DNA of 64,000 nucleotides from Escherichia coli (GTDB lineage Bacteria; Pseudomonadota; Gammaproteobacteria; Enterobacterales; Enterobacteriaceae): NCBI RefSeq assembly GCF_045037415.1, contig NZ_CP173438.1; one strand, 5' to 3'. Shown piece by piece: positions 19,394 to 27,762 of this stretch (position 1 is its first letter; each line of letters starts with the position of its first letter). The notes under the pieces were generated by a model. It saw only the letters and a program-made list of their open reading frames with translations, ran no database searches and was not told where the DNA came from. The position numbers and the translations under genes were made by a program.

Positions 19394-19489
19394 CTACCCC
19401 TTAATTGCCACAATTAACTGGGATACTACCCATAAAAAAGGGATGCTCCAGACCAGCAAAAATTTCCAGTTTGGTAATTGACTAATCAT
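19394..19489 (-). CDS. Small hydrophobic peptide 1 (31 aa)
   Basis: MISQLPNWKFLLVWSIPFLWVVSQLIVAIKG; SD AGGGAG 8 nt upstream. Confidence 0.45.
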   Translation of the reverse strand: MISQLPNWKFLLVWSIPFLWVVSQLIVAIKG

Positions 19490-19560
19490 GAGTCGCAACT
19501 CCCTAATCAGTTTGCTAAAATCAATCAAGGCAGCCTCCCATAGCTTACTGCCATAAAAAC

Positions 19561-19597
19561 AAAACCCCGCTTGCTGCCAACAAACGGGGTTTTTACT
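19561..19597. terminator. Intrinsic terminator-like hairpin downstream of the endolysin
   Basis: AAACCCCG-cttgctgccaacaaa-CGGGGTTT with T-runs on both strands. Confidence 0.5.
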
Positions 19598-19683
19598 TTT
19601 ATTCACTTAGGTTTTGCCAGTTCACAGGACTTCGTGTTATCCGCCCGCGTTGGCCAACCTCATTTTTCAGCAAAATATTCTGC

Positions 19684-20217
19684 TTATCTGTCGATTCCCC
19701 AGCACGCCAGCGCGCTCTCCTGGTCACGACGGAATACCTGACCGTAACAGTTATTTGAGCGAATACGGCAGTCTCTGCCACCGTCCTTAATCCACCAGCG
19801 AATCGCTTCGCATGCTCCCCTGCGATCACCTGCATTAATTCGTCTGTAAAACGTCGACGGGAAACACTTACCGGGACCAATGTTGTACGGACAGAATGAC
19901 GCGATCCCCGCTTTCTGGGGTTCGGTCAATGGCACTTTGATGTTTTTCTCCACCCATGCCAGCGCCTTATCACGCTCAATGGCGTTAACCCGGTCGCATT
20001 TTTCCTTCGACAACTTCATGCCCGGAACGACAGGTTTGCCATCCACCAGGATGGCACCGCGGCAGATGGTCCAGATACCCGCGCCATCACGGTATGCCGT
20101 GGTGTGGTTACCTTCCTTTTCATCCAGAAACTGGTCGAGAATGTCAGGCGCAGGCGCACCAGCGGCAATCAGCGCCAGAACGGCAGCCGACAGGCCGTAT
20201 CTGATTTTTGCGTTCAT
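19684..20217 (-). CDS. R: SAR-type endolysin (lysozyme, phage 21 R-like)
   Basis: 177 aa; N-terminal signal-anchor-release segment MNAKIRYGLSAAVLALIAAGA; lysozyme-like catalytic region. Confidence 0.9.
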   Translation of the reverse strand: MNAKIRYGLSAAVLALIAAGAPAPDILDQFLDEKEGNHTTAYRDGAGIWTICRGAILVDGKPVVPGMKLSKEKCDRVNAIERDKALAWVEKNIKVPLTEPQKAGIASFCPYNIGPGKCFPSTFYRRINAGDRRGACEAIRWWIKDGGRDCRIRSNNCYGQVFRRDQESALACWGIDR

Positions 20218-20322
20218 GGATATTTATCAGGATTTATCGGTTTCTGAGCCCTGGATATGTTTATCAGTTCCAGCCTGTTGCCTCAGGCTGCTAACAGGTC
20301 AATACAATCATGAGGATTATTT

Positions 20323-20595
20323 ATGGACAATAACACCATTTCTCTACAGGAGTTGCTCGACAGCATTTCCAGGCTTCGGGAAGACGTGAATACCCTTACC
20401 GTCGCCTTCTCATATCTGGCATTCTCAATTCCAAGGGAACAGATGCAATCAACGCTGGCATCAATCCAGTTTGAATCATGCAATCCCAAATGGTCTCAGG
20501 AACAACAAGACTCTTTCAGGCGGCTTGCTGTATTACTGGATGAAAAATATGCTGGTAAAATTACCATTTCGGCGGACTCTTCAGAGAACCCGTAA
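20323..20595 (+). CDS. Hypothetical 90-aa protein encoded antisense inside the lysis cassette
   Basis: ATG with SD GAGGA 7 nt upstream; candidate promoter TTGCCT...TACAAT; convergent with and overlapping the 3' end of the YdfR-like gene by ~35 bp. Confidence 0.5.
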   Translation: MDNNTISLQELLDSISRLREDVNTLTVAFSYLAFSIPREQMQSTLASIQFESCNPKWSQEQQDSFRRLAVLLDEKYAGKITISADSSENP

Positions 20596-20905
20596 TTATT
20601 CCCGGTAGTTTTCCTCTGTAGGTTATCAACACATCCTGCGCCTCTAAAATTACGGGGCGCTTTTCCGGCGACTGCTCATCCCCTTCACATAACCCGGCAG
20701 CAACATCCAGGAAGACCTGTCTGATGCTCCTTCTGGCTGCTGCCTCATAAAACTCCAGCGCGGCACCTTCAACACGGTCCAGCGAGATGTCCAGGTCAAA
20801 AATTTCACCGTCAAAGCGTTTTTTGTCCCGTAACGCTAAAGTTACCGTAACTTTATTCTCAAAATTGCGGATCCCTTTCACAATCAGTTCATAGTTTTGA
20901 GTCAT
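20561..20905 (-). CDS. YdfR-like (DUF1327-type) protein between holin and endolysin
   Basis: 114 aa; occupies the same position as ydfR in Qin (essQ-ydfR-rrrQ). Confidence 0.5.
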   Translation of the reverse strand: MTQNYELIVKGIRNFENKVTVTLALRDKKRFDGEIFDLDISLDRVEGAALEFYEAAARRSIRQVFLDVAAGLCEGDEQSPEKRPVILEAQDVLITYRGKLPGIITGSLKSPPKW

Positions 20906-20909
20906 TGAA

Positions 20910-21125
20910 TTACTCTCCCCGTGCCGCCTTACGACGGTCCTCTCTGATTTTGAAATACAGGTTAGTCAGATATGTCAGCAGCCCAAACAGCAGACTCCCC
21001 AGCACGCCTATTGCCGCCCACTGAGACGGGGAAACCCTGTCCAGCAACTGCAGGAACCAGTAGCCCGTTCCCACCGCTGACGTGGTGTATGACACACCTG
21101 TTGTGATTTTTTCCATCTGGTACAT
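20910..21125 (-). CDS. S: Pinholin (S21-like holin/antiholin with dual start MYQM)
   Basis: [71 protein letters not shown] is near-identical to phage 21 S. Confidence 0.85.
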   Translation of the reverse strand: MYQMEKITTGVSYTTSAVGTGYWFLQLLDRVSPSQWAAIGVLGSLLFGLLTYLTNLYFKIREDRRKAARGE

Positions 21126-21275
21126 ACCCCGTCTCCCGTTATCCGGAAGCTGACAACAATAAAAAAAGCCACCAGTTAAGTACTGATGGCTCTGATAACT
21201 CATGCAGGCATCTCAGACGACCCACTGACACTACCGGTGAGTTTAACGATACCTTCCATTTGACTGGCTCACTTT

Positions 21276-23129
21276 TTATGATGATGCCGGTGCATTTATC
21301 TCCAGCACCAGACTTTCTATCTCAACGCCATACGTTGCATTTTTGGTAATATCCGTCAGCGTCAGCGCATTCAGCCCCAGTGTCAGACTGTCTTTTATGA
21401 CCTGGAATGCCGGGCCAGCCACTCCATTCAGTTTCGGAGTAACCGTGGCACTGCCGGCGGTGAACACCAGCTCCAGCGTCTGCCAGTCGTTACTGTAATT
21501 CCCGAACTCGCCCAACTTTGTGTTTCCTGCTTTCTTGTGATGCATCAGATTCAGTTTGCCGTCTGTGGTCTGGGTGAAGAACGACATCAGGAACGGGTTA
21601 CCAGTCCCGGTCATCGCCACGACGTCAGGTAACGCTACATCGGTATACAGATAAATTCCCAGACCGAACTGATTGTTGGTCAGTGCGCCTGACAGTCGAA
21701 ACTTACAGCTCAGTCTGCCACCCCGTGTCAGCAGGGAGACTGCGTCATCCACCGGGCGCGTCAGGGACCAGGCTTTATTGCTCTGCTTGGTGATCTTAAA
21801 TACACCATCTGACAACTGAATTCCGCCATTCTTAATGCTCCAGCCCTGCGCAGCAGCATCTCCGGCTGTCGGCAACAGGGAGATTGTGCGTACGGATGCA
21901 TCTTCAGACGGCCCCGATGGCGTGTCGCCGCCGGGCGAGGGTTTGATTTCCGGTGCCTTACCACTAATGAAGGCTAAGGTGCGACCGGCTACGTTCAGAA
22001 TAGCAGTTGCCATACGATCGGGAATAATGCCACGACGCGCCCATGAGCTGAAATGCGTCGGGCGATTTGATGATACCCAGTTTTTGTTCGTTCGGGATGC
22101 CGAACCGTAATAACCAGACCCGGCAATATCAGGATCTTCTGACGGGTTGTTTGTCGGTGTATTAACTCCGCTACCATCGGTCATAAAGGGAACAAAATAA
22201 ATCTGCTGGGATTCTTTACCTTTATATGCACCATATACCACTTCATATTGCGTACCGTGTTCTTGTTTCCACGCGTATGTCGTGTCGCCACAAATCCAGG
22301 GGACTGATGCCGGACTTCCACCGTGACACTGCGCCGCCAGCCCGGCAAGGTCAGCACGGAACTGCTGTACCATTGCAAGAAATGCTGCTGGCTGCTGGGC
22401 GTAACTGGCATTCGTCATATCGAATTCCCCCTGCATCCAGCATATCGCCAGCAAAACGTTTTTCGGGTTTTTCTGCAATGCTGCCTTCGTGCGGAAAAGC
22501 AGATCCTGATATAACGGCTTACCCACTCCCCAGCGAGCCGAATCCTGACTGGCCCCCGTGGACTCGCTGAATGTCCCCTCCGTGCCCTGGGTGAATGCCG
22601 AACCACCACGACAGCATGGTACCAGCAGGATCCCCGCATTATTAGGGATATACGGAAGCAGTTTTTTGGCAATATGTAAGCCCTGTCCGACACAGCCGTA
22701 CTGCCCTTTGCTCAGGTCAGCCCGGGGATGGTTAATCGTACTCATATCCTGAACATCATGCAGACAATGGTCAGCAGGAATGATGTCGTTAAATACGCAT
22801 ACTTCACCACCGGGAGTCACTGTGTTACGACGGGCCAGTTGCTTAATGCGCGGATGGGGCGCATCGTATGAATCCGGAAGCGGAAGCCCTTCACCGTAAG
22901 CCATGGCATTGGATTGCCCGGCCAGTACGATGACGTAGTACCACTCCGGCTCAGTTGCACCACTGACGACCACATCACCTTCTGCTGCAATCGCCTGCAT
23001 CAGGGTATAAGGGGTTATGGCCACCGGACTACCAAACGGCTGCCAGCCCTCTTTCAGTTTATGTGTCAGCTTTTCCGCAAGATCTGACGGCGACGCCGCC
23101 CTGACAACATCATAGTGTTTAAATGCCAT
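21276..23129 (-). CDS. nanS-p: Prophage sialate O-acetylesterase NanS-p (N-terminal DUF1737-like domain plus SASA esterase)
   Basis: MAFKHYDVVRAASPSDLAEKLTHKLKEGWQPFGSPV then VIVLAGQSNAMAYGE esterase motif; matches the gene found downstream of stx in Stx phages. Confidence 0.8.
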   Translation of the reverse strand: MAFKHYDVVRAASPSDLAEKLTHKLKEGWQPFGSPVAITPYTLMQAIAAEGDVVVSGATEPEWYYVIVLAGQSNAMAYGEGLPLPDSYDAPHPRIKQLARRNTVTPGGEVCVFNDIIPADHCLHDVQDMSTINHPRADLSKGQYGCVGQGLHIAKKLLPYIPNNAGILLVPCCRGGSAFTQGTEGTFSESTGASQDSARWGVGKPLYQDLLFRTKAALQKNPKNVLLAICWMQGEFDMTNASYAQQPAAFLAMVQQFRADLAGLAAQCHGGSPASVPWICGDTTYAWKQEHGTQYEVVYGAYKGKESQQIYFVPFMTDGSGVNTPTNNPSEDPDIAGSGYYGSASRTNKNWVSSNRPTHFSSWARRGIIPDRMATAILNVAGRTLAFISGKAPEIKPSPGGDTPSGPSEDASVRTISLLPTAGDAAAQGWSIKNGGIQLSDGVFKITKQSNKAWSLTRPVDDAVSLLTRGGRLSCKFRLSGALTNNQFGLGIYLYTDVALPDVVAMTGTGNPFLMSFFTQTTDGKLNLMHHKKAGNTKLGEFGNYSNDWQTLELVFTAGSATVTPKLNGVAGPAFQVIKDSLTLGLNALTLTDITKNATYGVEIESLVLEINAPASS

Positions 23130-23389
23130 GGTTCTTTCCACCATCTGAAAAATGATTCTTTAAAATACCTGACATGTAATACAGAAAAAACACAAAACCA
23201 TACCTTAAATAAAAACCTCATCATCAAGCAGATATGCATGGATAAACTACAAGACGAGATATAAACCACCCTGCATTTAAATAAACAATAAACAACATCA
23301 GAAAAATAATTCTGCTCTATGGTTTACAATCAAAAATATCATTTATACTTTTCAGAACATCACCAGCAAGGCATAAACAAGGAAACTAA

Positions 23390-23725
23390 ATGAAGTGGAT
23401 TGTGATTGATACAGTTATCCAGCCATCATGCGGAATATCTTTTTCAGTCATATGGAGTAAAATAAAATTAATAATCTGGTATCAATCGGATGCTTTCTTA
23501 CCTCCTGAAAGTATATTTACACTGACTCACACAGGCATCATGCTCAATAACAAAGTGCTACCTGTAACCATTTACAACGTAGTACCATTCAATAAAACAT
23601 TCTGGAATTTAATCAAAAACAGCCAGGAATGCCCTACAAATACAGATAACGTATTGAATGAATGCTTTAATAACCGTTGCACTCTGCAAATATGTCCTTA
23701 TGGACTAAAACAACAAAGTCCATAA
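23390..23725 (+). CDS. Hypothetical Cys-rich 111-aa protein in AT-rich DNA
   Basis: SD AAGGAA; hydrophobic N-terminus; five Cys in the C-terminal 30 aa; opposite to the late operon; ends in an 11-bp-stem hairpin. Confidence 0.45.
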   Translation: MKWIVIDTVIQPSCGISFSVIWSKIKLIIWYQSDAFLPPESIFTLTHTGIMLNNKVLPVTIYNVVPFNKTFWNLIKNSQECPTNTDNVLNECFNNRCTLQICPYGLKQQSP

Positions 23726-24172
23726 GGAGTTTACTCACATCTGACAAAATCAATATAAACAGCCCCTCCGGAGAGGGGCTGGAGAGTGGCGCTATGTGCC
23801 ATTGCATGGTGCCGGGTGCCTCCCGGTGAATTCAGTACCAGCACCTGAATCCGCGATTATCCCATATACCTACTCGCTGATTGCCCCTCCGCACAGGGGG
23901 ATTCACCATGCCAGTTTCTTTTAACAAACTCCCCGCAAACCAGACAACAATCAACCGCCTGAATTGTGAAGTATTTAAAAATTTCTCCCGCTAACTGATA
24001 CCCGGCTAACAGTCTGGCGTTTTCTTTTTCAGCAACGGGAAAGCAACAACCACCACACCCGCCACCAGCACACCGTCAGCCAGCACTGACATTATCCGGC
24101 TGCAGCAATGCCATTCACAAAAACAGTAAGCAATCACTTTTTACCGTAACCGGTGATAATCCAGATATGTAT

Positions 24173-24529
24173 CTACCCCAGATGAGTAATCCGAAGTTCA
24201 TCCATACCACAGGTCCTGGCTATTCTGTTGTACTCCTGAACAAGAGTAAATAATTCTGAATTAGCCACCATGAACTCATCGCAAACCCTCTGTATAGCAT
24301 CACTATTCAGAATAATAACGTCTCTTCCCGAAAGACGATCAGGAGTACAGAACAAAACTGTCAAACGGCTGAAGGCCTTTGCTCGTGCTGCATTGACTAT
24401 ATCAATACGCTGCCTAAGGATGAAACACCCCGACGCCTCATCAATATTCACTCTACCCACACCATATGAATGATAAATATTTAATGCTGAAAAAACCATT
24501 AGACCGTATAACAAACACTCAATCAACAC
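24173..24529 (-). CDS. Hypothetical 108-118-aa protein in AT-rich DNA (start uncertain, no clear SD)
   Basis: ORF directly downstream of tRNA-Arg at the position occupied by stxA in Stx phages; no recognisable family. Confidence 0.35.
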   Translation of the reverse strand: MLIECLLYGLMVFSALNIYHSYGVGRVNIDEASGCFILRQRIDIVNAARAKAFSRLTVLFCTPDRLSGRDVIILNSDAIQRVCDEFMVANSELFTLVQEYNRIARTCGMDELRITHLG

Positions 24530-24636
24530 TTAACAGAACTTTTATTTTTGACAAACATATAATATTTTCAACAATATCCTGAGCCAGGTATATTTCAGTA
24601 TAAGGCTCTGCCGGAAGGAATCTGGAAGAATGAATA

Positions 24637-24713
24637 TGGCGCGCTGTACTGGATTCGAACCAGTGACCGATTGCTTAGAAGGCAATTGCTCTGTCCGGCT
24701 GAGCTAACAACGC
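24637..24713 (-). tRNA. tRNA-Arg (anticodon UCU)
   Basis: Minus strand GCGTTGTTAGCTCAGCCGGACAGAGCAATTGCCTTCTAAGCAATCGGTCACTGGTTCGAATCCAGTACAGCGCGCCA; cloverleaf with anticodon loop CTTCTAA. Confidence 0.85.
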
Positions 24714-24813
24714 TGAATACCGATAATGGACCGCCATCGGGGACCCGCCCCCGCACCAACAACCCTGTTATCGTGTCGTCTGCTCTTCCTGATAAGCTAA
24801 TGGCGGTTTGTGA

Positions 24814-24889
24814 TGGTGGCCCTTGCTGGATTTGAACCAGCGACCTGGCGATTATGAGTCGCTCGCTCTCACCACTGAGCTAAAGGGCC
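24814..24889 (-). tRNA. tRNA with CAU anticodon (Ile2/lysidine type or Met)
   Basis: Minus strand GGCCCTTTAGCTCAGTGGTGAGAGCGAGCGACTCATAATCGCCAGGTCGCTGGTTCAAATCCAGCAAGGGCCACCA; anticodon loop CTCATAA. Confidence 0.8.
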
Positions 24890-24938
24890 GGGAGCAGAAT
24901 AATAATGGTGCGTAATTAATTCTGCAATCTCATCCGTT

Positions 24939-25988
24939 TCAAACGATTAAACCCTGAACTTCCCTGACTGTCTGCTCAAAACGTCCGGTCTCCAGCTCAA
25001 CGCCAATCGCACGACGCCCGAGCGCCAGTGCCGCTTTTACCGTTGAACCTGAGCCCATAAAAAAATCTGCAACCAGGTCACCCGGACGACTGCTTGCGCT
25101 GATTATCTGCTGCAGCATTTCTGCCGGTTTTTCGCACGGATGTTTCCCGGGATAGAACTGCACCGGTTTATGTGTCCACACATCCGTGTACGGCACCTGC
25201 GCCGTCACACCAAAATACCGCCGCAGATGCTTATATTCACTCTGCAGCTCCACATACTGCCGGTTCAGTGACGTATACGTATCCACCAGCTGGTGGTGGG
25301 GCTTTTCCAGTTCACCGCGCTGATGTTTCTCTTCTGCCACCCGGGCAAACAGCGACTGTAATTTCAGATAATCGCTTTCGTTCGGTAGCTGCCACTGACT
25401 GGCACTGAACCAGTGCGACACCATGTTTTTCTTTCCTGTGGCATCTGCAATCTGTTTTGCCGTTATCCCCAGGGCCGCGCGCGCATCACGAAAGTAAGAA
25501 ATCAGCGGGGCCATCACATGCTGTTTCAGTGCACTGCCCTTCGCCGCATACCCGGCATCTTTCGGACGATACGGCCCCTGATAATGTTCCGCGAACAGAA
25601 TGCGCTCTGTGGCGGGGAAATACGCCCGCAGGCTTTCCTTGTTGCATCCGTTCCAGCGTCCGGACGGCTTCGCCCAGATAATATGGTTCAGCACACTGAA
25701 GCGTTCACGCATCATGATTTCGATATCAGATGCCAGGCGATGACCACAGAACAGGTAAAGACTTCCGGCAGGTTTCAGCACCCGCCAGAACTGCGCCAGA
25801 CACTGGTCCAGCCACTTCAGGTAATCATCGTCGCCCTTCCACTGGTTATCCCAGCCCTCAGGCTTCACTTTAAAGTACGGCGGGTCCGTGACTATCAGGT
25901 CAACAGAATTTTCGGGTAACGACCGGATAAATTCCAGGCAGTCGGCGTTGATTAACTCACAACTGGATATTTTTACAGTATTAGCCAT
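24939..25988 (-). CDS. DNA methyltransferase (amino-MTase, DPPY motif)
   Basis: 349 aa; LIVTDPPYF catalytic motif and FFMGSGSTVKAA SAM-binding motif. Confidence 0.85.
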   Translation of the reverse strand: MANTVKISSCELINADCLEFIRSLPENSVDLIVTDPPYFKVKPEGWDNQWKGDDDYLKWLDQCLAQFWRVLKPAGSLYLFCGHRLASDIEIMMRERFSVLNHIIWAKPSGRWNGCNKESLRAYFPATERILFAEHYQGPYRPKDAGYAAKGSALKQHVMAPLISYFRDARAALGITAKQIADATGKKNMVSHWFSASQWQLPNESDYLKLQSLFARVAEEKHQRGELEKPHHQLVDTYTSLNRQYVELQSEYKHLRRYFGVTAQVPYTDVWTHKPVQFYPGKHPCEKPAEMLQQIISASSRPGDLVADFFMGSGSTVKAALALGRRAIGVELETGRFEQTVREVQGLIV

Positions 25989-26139
25989 AGATCAATAAGC
26001 ACTTCTCTGATAGGCTCATACCGCTTTTGCGCAAAGCAGATGGGCCTGAGGTTTGCTTGTGACCCCAACGCATGAGCAGATGGCTGGTGGGTGCCCCTAA
26101 CACCCACCAGCCGCCCATTTACCACAAATAAAAAAGCCT

Positions 26140-26337
26140 TCACTGCGGAAGGCGTCTGTAACAACCGAACTGATAGTCTGCCAGACCCGCCATAACCAGC
26201 TGGGTCAGTATTAACTGGCAGCGTTCGCGTGAAAGGTAAGTATTCTGCGCAATCTCCCCGGCTGTCGCCGGTTCGGTGACGCTTAATTCATTAAACACCA
26301 CTCTGGCGGTTTCTGTCATATCCTGCTGTTTCAGCAT
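26140..26337 (-). CDS. Small hypothetical protein (65 aa) downstream of tR'
   Basis: Internal start MLKQQDMTETARVV... with SD AAGGGA. Confidence 0.45.
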   Translation of the reverse strand: MLKQQDMTETARVVFNELSVTEPATAGEIAQNTYLSRERCQLILTQLVMAGLADYQFGCYRRLPQ

Positions 26338-26461
26338 GTCTTTTTCCCTTTTCCGGTTAACGTGACACACCAATAACTCTTGTCGAAAAAGCCAGCAAGC
26401 TGAAAGACAGGTATTCACCGCCACCAGCGCGTTTACTGTACTGACGCGATTTCAGTCATAA

Positions 26462-26487
26462 AAAACCCGCCAGGCGGCGGGGTGTAA
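26462..26487 (-). terminator. Intrinsic terminator, candidate tR' (target of Q antitermination)
   Basis: Minus strand CCCGCC-gcct-GGCGGG followed by TTTTTT, ~60 nt downstream of the candidate PR'. Confidence 0.6.
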
Positions 26488-26524
26488 AAAATCTTCTAAC
26501 GTCAGGCATAAAACGCCCATCGTT

Positions 26525-26560
26525 AGAGCAAATTTACCACAGATTCGGGAAAAATCAACA
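26525..26560 (-). promoter_or_regulatory. Candidate late promoter PR' immediately downstream of Q
   Basis: Minus strand TTGATT, 16-nt spacer, TAAATT. Confidence 0.4.
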
Positions 26561-26563
26561 ACA

Positions 26564-27385
26564 CTATCGCGTTACCCTCTTTAACTGCCGCTCCGCCCAT
26601 GCCTCTTCAATGTCAAACCGAACCACCAACGTATCGTAAAAGCGTTTCACTGATTTTTTCCACGTATCAAGCGTGATAGCACTCGTCACTTTGCATATGG
26701 CATTAAATGCCTCCGTTGATGGTAGTCTTTCACAGCCACGACCACCACAACGCTGGCAGTCTCTGATAACAGGCATACCACGTTTTACCGACTCTTCACG
26801 ATGAATGGCGACACCACGCCCACGGCAGTCTTTACAGGCAGTGGAAATCTCCCCCTTCCCTTTACATTCAGGACAAGAAACTTTCACCACCTCCCGAATT
26901 TTTTTCCATTCTTCCCAGTAAGACGGATACACACCTTTCGTACACTTTGCCCATACTGGCGGCTTGCCATCCGGATACTGAACCTTGTTTGTAAAAACTT
27001 CGCCTTCAATAAATTTTTCCCCTCGGCAACAGGGGCACTGCTTTTTACTCGCTGCGCTGCGGGCATAATCCTCAAAAGCGTACGAAGCCATAATGCGCAT
27101 CACTACCGGTTTTATTTCTGCCGGAAGTTTTCTCAACGCCGCCACACGATCGCACCGACTGAGTGCATAATCTGCCAGTAATTCTGTTGCCCGCGCCCTG
27201 TCATTCATACTGATGCCCATTTTCCCCAGGAACGCAGAAAACCCCATCTCAGCCCGATTCTGTGTCATGCCCTGCGCGGCCATCACATCAGTGATACTCA
27301 GCGCATCTTTCGACGTTGAGGCCGATGCATCAGTCAGGCCGGGGGATTTTGGGGAGTAGTATTTCGGTAAATCTTCCAGTTTCAT
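26564..27385 (-). CDS. Q: Late antiterminator Q (QuuQ-like, multiple CxxC zinc motifs)
   Basis: 273 aa with several CxxC pairs; sits between rusA and PR'/tR'. Confidence 0.65.
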   Translation of the reverse strand: MKLEDLPKYYSPKSPGLTDASASTSKDALSITDVMAAQGMTQNRAEMGFSAFLGKMGISMNDRARATELLADYALSRCDRVAALRKLPAEIKPVVMRIMASYAFEDYARSAASKKQCPCCRGEKFIEGEVFTNKVQYPDGKPPVWAKCTKGVYPSYWEEWKKIREVVKVSCPECKGKGEISTACKDCRGRGVAIHREESVKRGMPVIRDCQRCGGRGCERLPSTEAFNAICKVTSAITLDTWKKSVKRFYDTLVVRFDIEEAWAERQLKRVTR

Positions 27386-27762
27386 TTTTTGACCTGCTCT
27401 TCATGCATTATGGGGTAAATCTTCACCCCCAGACGTCCACCAGATACTGGCTGACCACGAACGATATTGATTTCATCAAACTGCTCATCGTCCATTAGCA
27501 ACCCCGCATGCGTCAGCGCATCCAGCGGCGCTTTCAGAATATTGTCCAGATCACGGCGGCGCTTATCCGGTGGTTCTGCAATAATTTTTATTGCCAACCT
27601 TCCGGACAGGCTTAATTTCAGCCGCTGCTGGCGAACAATAAGCGCCACTGCCCGGCGATAACGCTCCCCGGCTTTTGATACAAAATATGTGCTGCCACGA
27701 CGACGCCAGTAAGTGTTCACCGTTGGCGGGTAAGGCAAAACAAATTCTATGCGTTCAGTCAT
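27382..27762 (-). CDS. rusA: Holliday junction resolvase RusA
   Basis: 126 aa; MTERIEFVLPYPPTVNTYWRRRG... typical RusA. Confidence 0.9.
   Translation of the reverse strand: MTERIEFVLPYPPTVNTYWRRRGSTYFVSKAGERYRRAVALIVRQQRLKLSLSGRLAIKIIAEPPDKRRRDLDNILKAPLDALTHAGLLMDDEQFDEINIVRGQPVSGGRLGVKIYPIMHEEQVKK

Noticed and set aside
23145-24636. Shiga toxin genes stxA/stxB
   Set aside because: No ORF in the slot resembles StxA (~315 aa) or StxB (~89 aa with signal peptide); the ORFs present do not match the remembered toxin sequences.
24714-24813. A third tRNA between the two called tRNAs (as in ileZ-argN-argO clusters)
   Set aside because: No TTCGAATCC-like T-loop with flanking acceptor-stem complementarity is visible in the spacer or the adjacent 100 bp.
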